A stretch of DNA of 64,000 bases from Gammaproteobacteria bacterium (GCA_037381915.1 JARRQJ010000021.1:14634-78633); one strand, 5' to 3'. Shown: positions 34,217 through 45,095, counted from the stretch's first letter. The notes: a model not told the origin generated them from the sequence alone. A program made the numbers and translations.

Positions 34217-34899
34217 TCGAGCTCCGCCACATTCACCGCCGCTTTCAAGTCGGTGATCAACAGGTGCACGCCCTCAACGACGTAACCCTCACCATCGAAC
34301 GCGGCGAATACGTCTCCATCATGGGTCCGTCCGGGTCGGGTAAATCCACGCTGCTGCACGCGCTCGGCCTGCTCGACCGCCCCGACAGCGGCACCTACCT
34401 GCTGGAAAACCGCGACGTTACCGCCTTGAGCGATCAGGAACAGGCGCGGATCCGCAGCGAGACCATCGGCTTCGTCTTCCAGTTTTTTCACCTGGTGCCG
34501 CGTCTCAGCGCCGCCGACAATATCGGCCTGCCCCTGCTGCTGGCGGGCGTACCGGCCCATGAACGGCAACAACGCGTGGGGCGCGCCCTCGCCGCGGTCA
34601 ACCTCGCCGATCGCGCCGAGCACCGCCCCGAACAGCTCAGCGGCGGCCAGCGCCAGCGCGTCGCCATCGCCCGCGCCACCATCATGCGACCCTCTCTGAT
34701 CCTCGCCGACGAACCCACCGGCAATCTGGACCACGCCTCGGGCCAGGACGTCATTGCCCTCCTGGAAAAATTGCACGCCGAGGGCCTGACCCTGATCATC
34801 GTCACCCATGACGGCGAGATAGGCAGACGCGCCCGGCGCTGCGTGCGCATGCTCGACGGGCGCATCACCGAAGACACGCAACAGGCATCCGCATCATGA
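34213..34899 (+). CDS. ABC transporter ATP-binding protein (MacB/LolD-like)
   Basis: GPSGSGKS, LSGGQRQR, LADEPTGNLD. Confidence 0.95.
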   Translation: MIELRHIHRRFQVGDQQVHALNDVTLTIERGEYVSIMGPSGSGKSTLLHALGLLDRPDSGTYLLENRDVTALSDQEQARIRSETIGFVFQFFHLVPRLSAADNIGLPLLLAGVPAHERQQRVGRALAAVNLADRAEHRPEQLSGGQRQRVAIARATIMRPSLILADEPTGNLDHASGQDVIALLEKLHAEGLTLIIVTHDGEIGRRARRCVRMLDGRITEDTQQASAS

Positions 34900-36104
34900 A
34901 GGTCCTGGACAACCTCGGCTTCGCCCTGGGCACCTTGCGGGCCTACCGCCTCCGGGCGGGGTTGATGCTGTTGGCCATGGCCATCGGCGTCGCCTCGGTA
35001 GTGGTATTGACCTCCCTGGGCGAGGCGGCACGGCGCTACGTCACCGGTGAGTTCTCGGCCCTGGGCACCCATATGATCATCGTCCTGCCCGGCCGGTCCG
35101 AGACCGCCGGCCTCGGCCCCTCCATGTTCACCGCCGAGACGCCGCGCGACCTGACCATCGCGGACGCCGCGGCCTTGAGCCGCAGCAACACAGTGGCGAG
35201 GGTGGCGCCCATCAACGTCGGGGCGGCGCCGGTCTCCTGGGGCGGGCGGGAACGGGACGTGGTGATCCTCGGCACCACCGCCGAGTTTCTCGACATCCGC
35301 CATTTCAAAATGAAGCAGGGCCGCTTCCTGCCGCCCGGCGACCCGGAACACGCCAATGCGGTTTGCGTCCTGGGCACCAAGGTGCGGGACGAATTGTTCG
35401 GCGCGACACCGGCCTTGGGGGAATGGATTCGCATCGGCGATCGCCGCTTTCGCGTCATCGGCATCCTCGCCTCGGAGGGCCAATCCATCGGGGTCGATAC
35501 CGCGGACCTGGTGATCATACCCGTCGCCTCGGCGCAGAGCCTGCTCAACACGTCTTCCTTGTTCCGCATCCTGGTGGAGGCGCGCAGCCGCGACCTGATC
35601 CCCGCCGCAAAACGCCACGTCATCAACACTATCAAGGCGCGTCATCAAGGCGAAGAGGATGTCACGGTCATCACTCAGGACGCGGTGCTCGCCACCTTCG
35701 ACAAGATTCTCCGCGCCCTCACCTTCGCCGTGGCCGGCATCGCCTCCATCAGTCTGGTGGTGGCCGGCATACTCATCATGAACGTGATGCTGGTGGCGGT
35801 CACCCAACGCACCGCTGAAATCGGTTTACTGAAGGCCTTGGGCGCGACCGCGCAGCAGATCCTGCGCCTGTTCCTGGTGGAGGCGGCTTTGCTCTCGCTC
35901 ATCGGCGCACTCCTGGGTCTGGCGGTGGGCCAGGCCGGCAGTCTGCTCATCGGTCATCTCTATCCCACACTACCGGTAGGTGCCCCGTGGTGGGCCTTCA
36001 CCGCCGCCATAGGCGTCGCCCTGGCCACCGGATTGCTGTTCGGCGTCCTGCCTGCCAGACGCGCGGCGCGGCTCGATCCCGTGCGCGCCCTGCAGAGGCG
36101 ATAA
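34896..36104 (+). CDS. ABC transporter permease (MacB/FtsX type)
   Basis: 4-TM topology with periplasmic core; MNVML.AV.QRT.EIG..KALGA; PARRAA.LDP. Confidence 0.92.
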   Translation: MKVLDNLGFALGTLRAYRLRAGLMLLAMAIGVASVVVLTSLGEAARRYVTGEFSALGTHMIIVLPGRSETAGLGPSMFTAETPRDLTIADAAALSRSNTVARVAPINVGAAPVSWGGRERDVVILGTTAEFLDIRHFKMKQGRFLPPGDPEHANAVCVLGTKVRDELFGATPALGEWIRIGDRRFRVIGILASEGQSIGVDTADLVIIPVASAQSLLNTSSLFRILVEARSRDLIPAAKRHVINTIKARHQGEEDVTVITQDAVLATFDKILRALTFAVAGIASISLVVAGILIMNVMLVAVTQRTAEIGLLKALGATAQQILRLFLVEAALLSLIGALLGLAVGQAGSLLIGHLYPTLPVGAPWWAFTAAIGVALATGLLFGVLPARRAARLDPVRALQRR

Positions 36105-36108
36105 CCTC

Positions 36109-37308
36109 ATGTTGCTCGGGGACACCATCCGCTTCACCTTCACTTCCATCACGGCGCATCGCCTGCGCAGCGGCCTCACCGGTCTCGGCATCGCCATCGG
36201 AATCACCGCCGTGGTCCTGCTGACCTCCATCGGCGAGGGCATCCGCCATTATGTCTTGAGTGAGTTCAGTCAGTTCGGCACCCATCTCATCGAGGTCAAT
36301 CCCGGCAAGACCACCACGCATGGCACGCCCGTGGGCACCATCGCCACCGTGCGCCCCCTGACCCTGGACGATGCCGAGGCCCTGAAGGGGCTCTCCCAGG
36401 TGCGCGCCGTGGTGCCCGTGGTGCAGGGCAATGCGGATGCGGAATATCGTGGCAAGCGCCGGCGGACCATGATCTACGGCGTGGGTCCGCAGATGCCCGA
36501 GGTGTTCAGCCTCAAGGTTGCCAGCGGCCGTTTCCTGCCCGCGGACAACCCCCGTGCGCCGCGCGCCTTTGCCGTTCTGGGCAGCAAGGTGCGCAGCGAA
36601 CTGTTCGGCAACACCAATCCCCTGGGCGAACATATCCGCATCGCCAACAGCCGTTTCACCGTCATCGGCACCATGGAATCCAAAGGCCAGATCCTGGGCT
36701 TCGACATGGACGACGCCGTGTATATCCCCACCGCCAAGGGCCTGGAGATGTTCAATCGTAACAGCCTGGTGGCGATCGATGTCCTCTACAAGGATACCGC
36801 CGAATCCGCTGAAGTCAGCGCGACGATCCGCCGGGTGCTCACCGCCCGCCACGGCAGCGAGGACTACACCGTCACCACGCAGGAACAGATGTTGGAAACC
36901 CTGGGTTCGGTGCTCAATGTCCTGACCTTCGCCGTCGGCGCCCTGGGCGGTATCTCACTGCTGGTGGGCGGGGTCGGCATCCTTACCATCATGACCATCA
37001 CCGTCAGCGAACGCACCGCAGAGGTCGGACTGTTGCGCGCCCTCGGTGCGCGCCGTTCTCATATCCTCGCGTTGTTTCTCGGCGAGGCTATCATCCTGGC
37101 CGCACTGGGCGGCGGCGCCGGTCTGGTCATCGGCATCGGCGGCGGCCAGGCGCTGCACCTCCTGGTGCCCGCCATGCCGGTGCACATCTCCTGGTTCTAC
37201 GCGGCGGCGGCGGAGGTCCTGGCGGTCGCCATCGGCTTGCTCGCCGGCGTGCTTCCGGCGCGCCACGCGGCGCGGCTCGATCCTATCGAGGCATTGCGCG
37301 CCGAATGA
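36109..37308 (+). CDS. ABC transporter permease (MacB/FtsX type), second paralog
   Basis: Same motifs (ERT.EVG..RALGA, LDPIEALRAE). Confidence 0.92.
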   Translation: MLLGDTIRFTFTSITAHRLRSGLTGLGIAIGITAVVLLTSIGEGIRHYVLSEFSQFGTHLIEVNPGKTTTHGTPVGTIATVRPLTLDDAEALKGLSQVRAVVPVVQGNADAEYRGKRRRTMIYGVGPQMPEVFSLKVASGRFLPADNPRAPRAFAVLGSKVRSELFGNTNPLGEHIRIANSRFTVIGTMESKGQILGFDMDDAVYIPTAKGLEMFNRNSLVAIDVLYKDTAESAEVSATIRRVLTARHGSEDYTVTTQEQMLETLGSVLNVLTFAVGALGGISLLVGGVGILTIMTITVSERTAEVGLLRALGARRSHILALFLGEAIILAALGGGAGLVIGIGGGQALHLLVPAMPVHISWFYAAAAEVLAVAIGLLAGVLPARHAARLDPIEALRAE

Positions 37309-37475
37309 GGGTTGGCGGCATGGATGCCGCATAGGCGTGCTGAGTACCAAGGACCAGGCGGTATAAAGCCGGGGCAATGGCCCGTACGGGTTTGAGCACA
37401 GCCTCATCACGCCTGTCTGTGGAATATTTCAAGTTCAGAAAGTCTGTGGGCTTAGCCCATATGGACAAAGGCATA

Positions 37476-38390
37476 TCATGCCGGTACCGCACGGCTTATC
37501 CTGCGCTGCATGCGCGGACGGACGCGTTGCTCGACGTATTGAATCATGACGGCGGCGATATCCTTGCCGCTGGTCGCTTCGATGCCTTCCAATCCGGGAG
37601 AGGAGTTCACCTCTATCACCAGGGGACCGCGCGCGGAACGCAGGATGTCCACTCCCGCCACATCGAGCCCGACGGCCTTGGTGGCCCGAACGGCTATCGC
37701 CCGCTCCGCGGGACTCAGTTTTATCTTCACGGCTCTACCGCCACGGTGCAGGTTAGAGCGAAATTCGCCTTCCCGCGCCCGGCGGAGCATGGCGGCCACC
37801 ACCTTGCCGCCAATCACGAAACAACGCAGATCCGATCCTCCCGCTTCCTTGATATATTCCTGGATTAGGATGTTCGCCTGCAATCCCCAAAAGGCGTCGA
37901 TGACACTCTCCGCCGCCTGACCGGTCTCCGCCAGCACCACCCCTATCCCCTGGGTGCCCTGCAGTAACTTGATGACCAACGGCGCGCCGCCTACCATCTT
38001 GACGGCACCCTTGATGTCGTCCGGCGCATGGGCGAAGCCGGTACGCGGCATGGCGATGCCCTTGCTGGCCAGCAATTGCATGGAACGGAGCTTGTCCCGT
38101 GCGCAGCTGATGGCAGCGGACGTGTTGAGGGTAAAGATTCCCATGCTTTCGAATTGCCGCACCAGCGCCGACCCGTAAAAAAGAATGGAGGCGCCGATGC
38201 GCGGGATCACCGCGTCGAGATCGGTCAACAATTTTCCCCGGTAATAGATGACCGGTTGCTGCGAATTAATACTCATGTAGCAGCGCAAGGGATCGACCAC
38301 CCTCACCTCATGCCCGCGCTGCTTCGCTGCCTCCACCAGGCGGCACGTCGAATAGAGGCTCTTCCTTTGTGACAAAACCGCTATCTTCAT
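37476..38390 (-). CDS. rimK: Ribosomal protein S6 glutamate ligase
   Basis: MKIAVLS start at 38390; [37 protein letters not shown]. Confidence 0.93.
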   Translation of the reverse strand: MKIAVLSQRKSLYSTCRLVEAAKQRGHEVRVVDPLRCYMSINSQQPVIYYRGKLLTDLDAVIPRIGASILFYGSALVRQFESMGIFTLNTSAAISCARDKLRSMQLLASKGIAMPRTGFAHAPDDIKGAVKMVGGAPLVIKLLQGTQGIGVVLAETGQAAESVIDAFWGLQANILIQEYIKEAGGSDLRCFVIGGKVVAAMLRRAREGEFRSNLHRGGRAVKIKLSPAERAIAVRATKAVGLDVAGVDILRSARGPLVIEVNSSPGLEGIEATSGKDIAAVMIQYVEQRVRPRMQRRISRAVPA

Positions 38391-38461
38391 GAGAGAGGCA
38401 TTCCTTGAAGCTTGACGATTGTTCCGGCCGGAGTGCCGCCGATGAAAGGCCGCACTGCTTA

Positions 38462-39382
38462 TCACCAATATGCGGTCATGATGACATAGCCGGCATAGAG
38501 CGCAAGCAACAACAGCCCGCGACCACGGCCGATTTGACCATGAGCCGGCGGCCAAACCACGAGTAAGGTAACCAGACCGAAGGCCAGGACCGGGAGCACT
38601 TCGCCAAGTCTGATCTTAATAGGATAGATGATCGCGGCGACCGCAATGATGAACAGGCCATTGAAGATATTGCTGCCTACTATGGTACCCAGCCCCACCT
38701 CGTCGTGACCACGCAACTTGGAGATAATGGCGGTCGCGAGTTCGGGAATCGAAGTGCCGATGGCCACGATAGTCGCCCCGATAATGAATTCATCGATACC
38801 GAAGGACAGGGCGATACCCTTCGCGCCGATGACGATGAAGCGCCCGGCCGCGACCAGACACAGGAATCCGGCCACGGACAAAAGCACCGCGACCCGGCCG
38901 TGTCTTTCTCCCAATACCTTCTCGGACGCGCTTCTTTGCCTGCGCACCTCCAGCATCACGATCACCAGCCAGAATATGAATGCCGCCATGAGCAGTATGC
39001 CGTCCACTCTGGACAGTTCGCCGTCCAACGCCAGAACGGCGGTCAGGAGGGGCGCAAATAATGCAAAAGGGTAATCGCGCTGGACGCTGTCCGGAGAACT
39101 CTTGATCCCGGCCATGATCACCGGAATGGCGAGGATCAAGGCGACATTGAGGACATTGCTTCCCAGGGCGTCGCCCAAGGAGATCTCCGGTTGCTTGGCC
39201 AGGCCGGAACTGATCGCTACCGAAAGCTCGGGGCTGGAGGTGGCGAAGGCCGCCACCGTGGCACCCACAATCCCCGCGGATATCCGCGCCCATAACGCCA
39301 CGCCCACCACGCCCCGGACAAACAGCTCGCCGCCCGCTCCCGCGCACAGCACGCCCAGCGCCAGAATCAAATAGTCGCTCAT
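38462..39382 (-). CDS. Calcium/sodium antiporter (YrbG, CaCA family)
   Basis: Two alpha repeats (ATSSPEL...GSN, GTSIPEL...GSN); highly hydrophobic. Confidence 0.9.
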   Translation of the reverse strand: MSDYLILALGVLCAGAGGELFVRGVVGVALWARISAGIVGATVAAFATSSPELSVAISSGLAKQPEISLGDALGSNVLNVALILAIPVIMAGIKSSPDSVQRDYPFALFAPLLTAVLALDGELSRVDGILLMAAFIFWLVIVMLEVRRQRSASEKVLGERHGRVAVLLSVAGFLCLVAAGRFIVIGAKGIALSFGIDEFIIGATIVAIGTSIPELATAIISKLRGHDEVGLGTIVGSNIFNGLFIIAVAAIIYPIKIRLGEVLPVLAFGLVTLLVVWPPAHGQIGRGRGLLLLALYAGYVIMTAYW

Positions 39383-39624
39383 CGCCGTCGCTCAGTCGTA
39401 AAACCGCTGCACCGCAGTATATGCCCATTACCCGGACGCCGCTCGACATTCCAGGGCTGAAAATCGCTCACGATCCTCCTTAGCTTCCCCGACTTCCGCG
39501 CAACCATTCGGGATATCCGGGTATGGGCCGACGACGCGTTTTTTCCTCCGCGTGGAGAGGCACTCTACTTAGCGGTAGGCGTTATAGCACAGCCTTGCAG
39601 AGCATCGGCGCCAGGATTCGGCGA

Positions 39625-40995
39625 TTACTTGATGATGTGATAACAGGGGGTGTATTTTTTGCCGGACAACTTCATGCGATGCTGCGCGACTAAAGAATTC
39701 AATAACGAATCCACGGGACTCATGATGCCGGCGGCGCCGCGAAGCTCGAAGGGACCGAATTCCTCGATGGCGCGGATCCCCGCCTCCTTGACATTCCCCG
39801 CCACCACGCCGGAGAAGGCGCGCCGCAGCTGGGCGGCAAGCAGGTGGCGTTCCTGATCCCCGTGCAATTCCAGTTTGCGCATATTATCGTGACTGGGAAC
39901 AAAGGGTTTTTGAAATTCGCCATCGATCCGCAACAGCCAATTGAAATAATAGGCATCTCCCCGCTCGGTGCGGAAACGCCGCACCTGTTCGATGCCCGTT
40001 AGCACCTCGCGCGCCACGCCCACCGGATCATCGATAATGATCTGATAGTGACGCCGTACCTCCTCGCCCAAGGTGGCGGCGATGAACAGATCGATCTCCT
40101 TGAAATAATCCCGGGCGCTTTCGGGTCCGGTGAGGATCAGGGGGAAAGGTATGTCGGCATTATCCGGGTGCAAGAGAATGCCCAGAAAATAGAGAATTTC
40201 CTCCAAGGTTCCCACGCCGCCGGCAAAGACGACAATGGCATGACCGGTACGCACGAAGGCCTCCAGGCGTTTCTCGATATCGGGCATGATCACCAGATCG
40301 TTGACGATGGGATTCGGTGACTCCGCGGCAATGATCCCCGGTTCCGAGATACCGAGATACTGGCCCCCGACGATGCGCTGTTTGGCGTGCCCGATCGCGG
40401 CCCCCTTCATGGGACCCTTCATCGCCCCCGGCCCGCAGCCGGTGCTGATGTCCAGACCGCGCAGGCCCAGTTCATAGCCCACCTCCTTGGTGTAATCGTA
40501 TTCCCTACGGTGAATCGAATGCCCGCCCCAGCACACTACCAGCTTCGGATCGCTCAGCGGCCGCAGGATATTGGCATTGCGCAGGATATGAAAGACCGCA
40601 TTAGTGATGCCATCCGAGGTGGCAAGGTCGAACTTGGGATTGTCGTTGATCTCGTCGCTGACATAGACCACGTCACGCAACACCGCAAACAGGTGTTCGT
40701 TGATGCCTTTGATCATCTGGCCGTCGACGAATGCGCTGGCCGGCGCGCCGCTGACCGCCAATTTGATGCCCCGCTCCTCCTGAATGACGCGGATGTCGAA
40801 GGATTTGTAGCGCTCCAGCAGTTCCTTCCCGTCATCGAGAGAATTGCCGCAGTTGAGAACCGCGAGTGAACAGTTGCGAAAGATGTTGTACAAGCCGCCC
40901 TGGCTGGTGTCGAGCAGCTTGCCCACTTCCACCTTGGAAAGAACATCCAGGCGGCCGGCCGGCGAGATACATGCATCGACGACTTCGTATTTCAT
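39625..40995 (-). CDS. ppnN: Nucleotide 5'-monophosphate nucleosidase PpnN (YgdH)
   Basis: VVCWGGHSI, TGCGPGAMKGPMKGA, PDIEKRLEAF, RRAFSGVVAGNVK. Confidence 0.93.
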   Translation of the reverse strand: MKYEVVDACISPAGRLDVLSKVEVGKLLDTSQGGLYNIFRNCSLAVLNCGNSLDDGKELLERYKSFDIRVIQEERGIKLAVSGAPASAFVDGQMIKGINEHLFAVLRDVVYVSDEINDNPKFDLATSDGITNAVFHILRNANILRPLSDPKLVVCWGGHSIHRREYDYTKEVGYELGLRGLDISTGCGPGAMKGPMKGAAIGHAKQRIVGGQYLGISEPGIIAAESPNPIVNDLVIMPDIEKRLEAFVRTGHAIVVFAGGVGTLEEILYFLGILLHPDNADIPFPLILTGPESARDYFKEIDLFIAATLGEEVRRHYQIIIDDPVGVAREVLTGIEQVRRFRTERGDAYYFNWLLRIDGEFQKPFVPSHDNMRKLELHGDQERHLLAAQLRRAFSGVVAGNVKEAGIRAIEEFGPFELRGAAGIMSPVDSLLNSLVAQHRMKLSGKKYTPCYHIIK

Positions 40996-41066
40996 GGGGC
41001 GCAAAAGGGTAATGGACCGGCGGGTCTGGTTAGATGGATAACCTTGTTGCTAAGAATAGGCTGCAC

Positions 41067-42107
41067 TTATTTGTTATCGGCAAAACTGATCAGAACTGCA
41101 CGCAGATCCCCCTTCAAGATCTTATTTACCTGATCCAGGGCACGGTGCTGGGCGTCGTTCGGCGACAAGGCGGAGCTTTTGATATTCCAACGGTGCGTGC
41201 CGCGAACCTTGTTGTTGGTATCGCTGAGAGAGATTTCCAGGGTGCCTTTCTTCCAATACCAGCCTTCCCGTTGCTCCAGATCGCCGAGATCGAAGGCGGC
41301 GTTGAGCGTGAACTTGGCCTGTCCCGCGTTCTTGAGCGTGAATCCCGCCGCCGATACGGCGCCATCGAGGATATCGCGGATGGCGCCGCCGTCCTGACCC
41401 GAGGTATGGGTCGCCAGGCTGAGATCCTGGATCAGGGCCTCGCGTTCGCTGCGCAGCTGCGCCAAGGGCCAGGGCGGCGGTACGCCGCGGCCGGTGATAT
41501 CGACGACCTGCAAGGACTGCTGGGCGCTGGCCCGTTCAATCTGCGCCTCCACGGCACGGCTGGCGGCGGCGATGCGCCTCAATAGATCTTTGTCGGTATT
41601 GACCTTGTCGATGTAGAGACGCGTAGCCTCATCAAGACGGTCGATGTCGTCACGCAAGGTCGCAGCGGCCTGCAGGCGGCGCAACACCGCCAACGCGTAA
41701 TGAGTCCCCGTCTGCGGGTCCTGCCACAGATCGGCGATCTCGATACCGCGGATGACGCGGTCGGTACGGGTCTGGATGTTGCGCGAGATTTGCAGCTGCC
41801 CCTTCGAGGACCCTTCACCGTTGTTCCCCGTGGACACCCGCTCGAAGGTCTGGATATCGCTGCTTTCCGCCTTGATCCCTACCTCGAAGACCTTCGCCAG
41901 GTCGGCGCGGGCACGGTCCTTGGCATCGTCCAGATCCGCCGCCGCCCCGCGTCCGATCAGATACTGGCTGGCGGGATAGCGGGACGACACGCCGTTGACC
42001 CAGTCCGGCGGCTGTTTGCCCTTGTCCGTGGTTGTGGCACAGCCCGCGAGCAACAGGACCATCATCACGGGAATTAAGCGGATCGCTGTCTTGAATTTTG
42101 CCGTCAT
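41067..42107 (-). CDS. LPP20-family lipoprotein
   Basis: Lipobox LLAGC; PDWV...YLIGRG...A.DRARADLAK. Confidence 0.75.
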   Translation of the reverse strand: MTAKFKTAIRLIPVMMVLLLAGCATTTDKGKQPPDWVNGVSSRYPASQYLIGRGAAADLDDAKDRARADLAKVFEVGIKAESSDIQTFERVSTGNNGEGSSKGQLQISRNIQTRTDRVIRGIEIADLWQDPQTGTHYALAVLRRLQAAATLRDDIDRLDEATRLYIDKVNTDKDLLRRIAAASRAVEAQIERASAQQSLQVVDITGRGVPPPWPLAQLRSEREALIQDLSLATHTSGQDGGAIRDILDGAVSAAGFTLKNAGQAKFTLNAAFDLGDLEQREGWYWKKGTLEISLSDTNNKVRGTHRWNIKSSALSPNDAQHRALDQVNKILKGDLRAVLISFADNK

Positions 42108-43411
42108 CGTGTCCTCAAGGGGTTAACGGGAACCAGATCGTTCGCCATGACCCAGTTCAGCGTGATGAAGTGTTTGTCGCCCGCGGCGATATCGATATCG
42201 TAGTCCCGCCTGGCCACCGGATTTTCCAGGCGGTCAAAAAGATCGACCTGAAGCTTATATTTGCCTGCCGGCAAGGGCAGGCGCGCCAGGCAGATCCGAT
42301 TGGGCAACGTCGACCAGCTGCGGGTATCGGCGCGATCGGTAATGGCATTGGCCAGATTGACCACCAGCCCGAGGGCATCGTTACGCCGCTGGGCTTCCTT
42401 GCTCTCCTTGGTTTTTATCACGGCTCGGGCGACGGCGCGGGCCAATATCGCCGGCTTTTGCTTTGCCAAGGCGTCCGTCGCCAGGGTGTCGACATTCTCG
42501 AATAGATCGGTGGTAACTCTCTTGCCATCGGCATCGAGACGCGCCGAGGTAACCGTCGGTTGGCGATCTTCGTAAGCGGGCATGGACACTGTCACCAATT
42601 GTCCCGACTGGGTGATCGCCCTGACCTCGATGGAGCGCTTGAGCGGCGCCAGACCGGTGTTGAGCAAGAATATAACCTCTCCATCACTCTTAGGAATCTG
42701 CGCCACCTTGGAGATATCGAATTTCTCCCGGTAGCGCCTTGCCTCCTCGTTGAGACCGACTTTGTCGGCAAGGCGGATCAAATCGGATTTCAGTTGTTGC
42801 GGCACCGGCATTTTGAGTTGCGGCGGATAGCGCCGGTAGGCGTCGTAGGCCTGTCGGTATGCGATCATGGCGTCATCCCATTCACCCAGGTCTTCATAAA
42901 TTATCCCCGTCAAGTAACGCGCAAAGCCATCCTCAAAATTTGAATTGTCACCGTGCTGTTTCAGCTTCACGTCCAGCTGCAGGGCCTCCACCCGCGCCTG
43001 GCCGGGCTGATGCATCGCCAGGTAATTCAACGCCTCAAAGACATGGATCAGGACCTGCTCGTAATAATCCCCCGTATAGCTGCGCATCATGTCATTGACG
43101 GTCAACGCCCCGCCCTGCTCGGTGACGCTGATGGCGGAAAGGCGGCTGATCATGGCCTTGGCCGACTCGAACGAGGCGTTGCTCGCCTCGTAATCGCCCG
43201 CCATCCGCAACAGCATGGCCCGATTGAGCAGGTAAAGCACCTGGTCCTTGCTCGAGGCGTGCTTCTCCAGGACCTGCAGGGCCTTGTCCGGCTGACCGCG
43301 ACTGATGTCGGACTCCATGTGGCCCACCCAGTCGCTGTAGGTAGCACAGCCTCCCAGGCCCGCCACCAGCAACAGCGCGCCGCACAGCGCCGCTATCTTG
43401 TTACCTGCCAC
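42104..43411 (-). CDS. COG3014-type helical/TPR lipoprotein
   Basis: Lipobox LGGC; Y.G.YYE...H...ALNYL, ARVE, ADTRSWSTLP. Confidence 0.78.
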   Translation of the reverse strand: MAGNKIAALCGALLLVAGLGGCATYSDWVGHMESDISRGQPDKALQVLEKHASSKDQVLYLLNRAMLLRMAGDYEASNASFESAKAMISRLSAISVTEQGGALTVNDMMRSYTGDYYEQVLIHVFEALNYLAMHQPGQARVEALQLDVKLKQHGDNSNFEDGFARYLTGIIYEDLGEWDDAMIAYRQAYDAYRRYPPQLKMPVPQQLKSDLIRLADKVGLNEEARRYREKFDISKVAQIPKSDGEVIFLLNTGLAPLKRSIEVRAITQSGQLVTVSMPAYEDRQPTVTSARLDADGKRVTTDLFENVDTLATDALAKQKPAILARAVARAVIKTKESKEAQRRNDALGLVVNLANAITDRADTRSWSTLPNRICLARLPLPAGKYKLQVDLFDRLENPVARRDYDIDIAAGDKHFITLNWVMANDLVPVNPLRTR

Positions 43412-43441
43412 GGTTATCCTTCAACCGTTGAAGGTCCGTTG

Positions 43442-44056
43442 TCAGAAACGTAAACTCGCCTTGGTAACGAATTTCTTGATCTTCTTCTGCCCTACCCACA
43501 CGATGCGGTTGTCCGCCAGACTGATCAAGCTGAGGTCCACCTGGTAGTACCGGACCTGTCGCTTGCCCTCGGTATCGAGGATGGTGTTGATCTGGCCTTT
43601 GAGCATGAAATCGGCGCCGAGCTCCCTGCCCATGGCCTTGCGCGTATCCTCGCGGGCATTGATGTCCTGGTCTTTGCGCTCCTCGCGGATCTCCTGACGC
43701 TGTTCCTTGGAGGCAACGAACTCCACTTTCCCCGAATTGATCAAGGCGCGCTCGATGTCGCTGACGAAGGTATTCACATTGATATGCTCATGGCTGAGAT
43801 TGCGGACCTCACCGACGATCACTGCGGGCTGCTTCGAGTGGGCCCGCTGGAAATTGCCCAGCCAGGCCTGGGAAAGCGCGTCCGAGATCATCTCCTTGGA
43901 GACCAGCTGTGAATCGGTATCATTCCACTCGCCGCTGAGATCGCGAACCTGATCGGGGGAAATGCGTTCCACCTTGGTAGCGCAGGCGCCGAGCGCCGCT
44001 ACCATCGTGAGCAAGAGCAGGCCCTTAAAAGATCGACGAATATTGTTTTTTATCAT
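43442..44056 (-). CDS. LpoB-like (penicillin-binding protein activator family) lipoprotein
   Basis: Lipobox LGAC; DLSGEWNDTD, VRN.SHEHI, GADFML.G.I, IVW.GQKKIKK. Confidence 0.8.
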   Translation of the reverse strand: MIKNNIRRSFKGLLLLTMVAALGACATKVERISPDQVRDLSGEWNDTDSQLVSKEMISDALSQAWLGNFQRAHSKQPAVIVGEVRNLSHEHINVNTFVSDIERALINSGKVEFVASKEQRQEIREERKDQDINAREDTRKAMGRELGADFMLKGQINTILDTEGKRQVRYYQVDLSLISLADNRIVWVGQKKIKKFVTKASLRF

Positions 44057-44622
44057 TTGCGCTCCTCAAGCATGCGATCGAAGATGCGATCGCCGTCGGT
44101 AGTAAGATGATTCTTGAATCCTTCGTTCATATCCTGAACCTTTTGCATAGTGGTTTTCAGCTGATTCATGTCGATTTCCGCCAGAGCATAAATTACATTG
44201 GACTTTTGGTCGCGCCAATGGCCGATGATGCGGCTCCCGGTCAGATTAATGCGGCTGACATTCTTGATCTGGCGTGAGATGCTGGATTCCAGGTTCTGGT
44301 CGTTGCCGCCCTTCACCGCCGCCGTGTAATCACGGGATACGACCTGCATATAAGAGGTCAGGATTTTCGCCACCTCCGCCCGAGCCCGATCGTCGGCCGT
44401 TGAGGTCTGCAGGGACATGTCCCCCATGGCGGGCGCCATGCCCACACCATGAAACAGGCGGTCGTTGTCGTGCTTGAGAATATTGGTGCCCTCGTTCACC
44501 CAGTCCGGCGCGCCTTTGATATGGAGATCGCTCTCTACCTTGGTCCTGCCGGCGCATGCCGTGAGGATCAGGATTGTGCTGACCACGGTGATAAAAGCTA
44601 ACAGATTGCGAGATGTCGTCAT
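44053..44622 (-). CDS. LPP20-like lipoprotein
   Basis: Lipobox LTAC; APDWV...FHGVG.A...ADDRARAEVAK. Confidence 0.72.
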   Translation of the reverse strand: MTTSRNLLAFITVVSTILILTACAGRTKVESDLHIKGAPDWVNEGTNILKHDNDRLFHGVGMAPAMGDMSLQTSTADDRARAEVAKILTSYMQVVSRDYTAAVKGGNDQNLESSISRQIKNVSRINLTGSRIIGHWRDQKSNVIYALAEIDMNQLKTTMQKVQDMNEGFKNHLTTDGDRIFDRMLEERK

Positions 44623-44894
44623 GACCGTCCTACTCCCTCAAAACGGAGAAAAGAGGAACTAAAGATACAAGATACCGGAAAAAAACGTAAGATGCGTCGC
44701 CGAAAATCACGGTAGAACATAAGTCTGAGAAATCATTATGCAAAGCCGCGATTCCGCTTCCCAACGTCGGGGGCACCCTCCTTCGTTCATCGCCCGCGTC
44801 GGCAAACCACAATCCGGGACTATGGTGAGCTTCGATCTCCCCCGGTCGGGACCGGCCGAGGAAGGACGTCAATCCTGCCGCGGCGCGGCGGCTG

Positions 44895-45095
44895 CTACTT
44901 CTTCCGGGTCGACAACTTCAAAGGGACATACAGCGGACAGAACGCAACGGCACTGGTCAACAGGAAAATGGCGGCAATCACTCCCAAAATGATCGCGGCC
45001 ACCCCGGATATCTGCCCGGTAAAATACAAGGCGACCACAACCAGGGCCAACACCGTTCTCACCAGACGATCCACGCTACCCATATTCTTGATCAT
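44895..45095 (-). CDS. DUF2892 (YgaP-like) small membrane protein
   Basis: KNMGSVDRLVR, two TMs, FCPLY...LST. Confidence 0.88.
   Translation of the reverse strand: MIKNMGSVDRLVRTVLALVVVALYFTGQISGVAAIILGVIAAIFLLTSAVAFCPLYVPLKLSTRKK

Noticed and set aside
33056-37308. MacAB-like exporter with two permease paralogs
   Set aside because: Adaptor + ATPase + two permeases is a common architecture; similarity between the permeases reflects ordinary paralogy.
39480-39600. Possible cation riboswitch upstream of the Ca/Na antiporter
   Set aside because: No match to yybP-ykoY, fluoride or ydaO-like consensus that I can recognise; a covariance-model scan would be needed.
44714-44725. GAAC-ATAA-GTCT upstream of the lipoprotein operon as a second SOS box
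   Set aside because: The right half-site has two mismatches to GTTC; likely chance.
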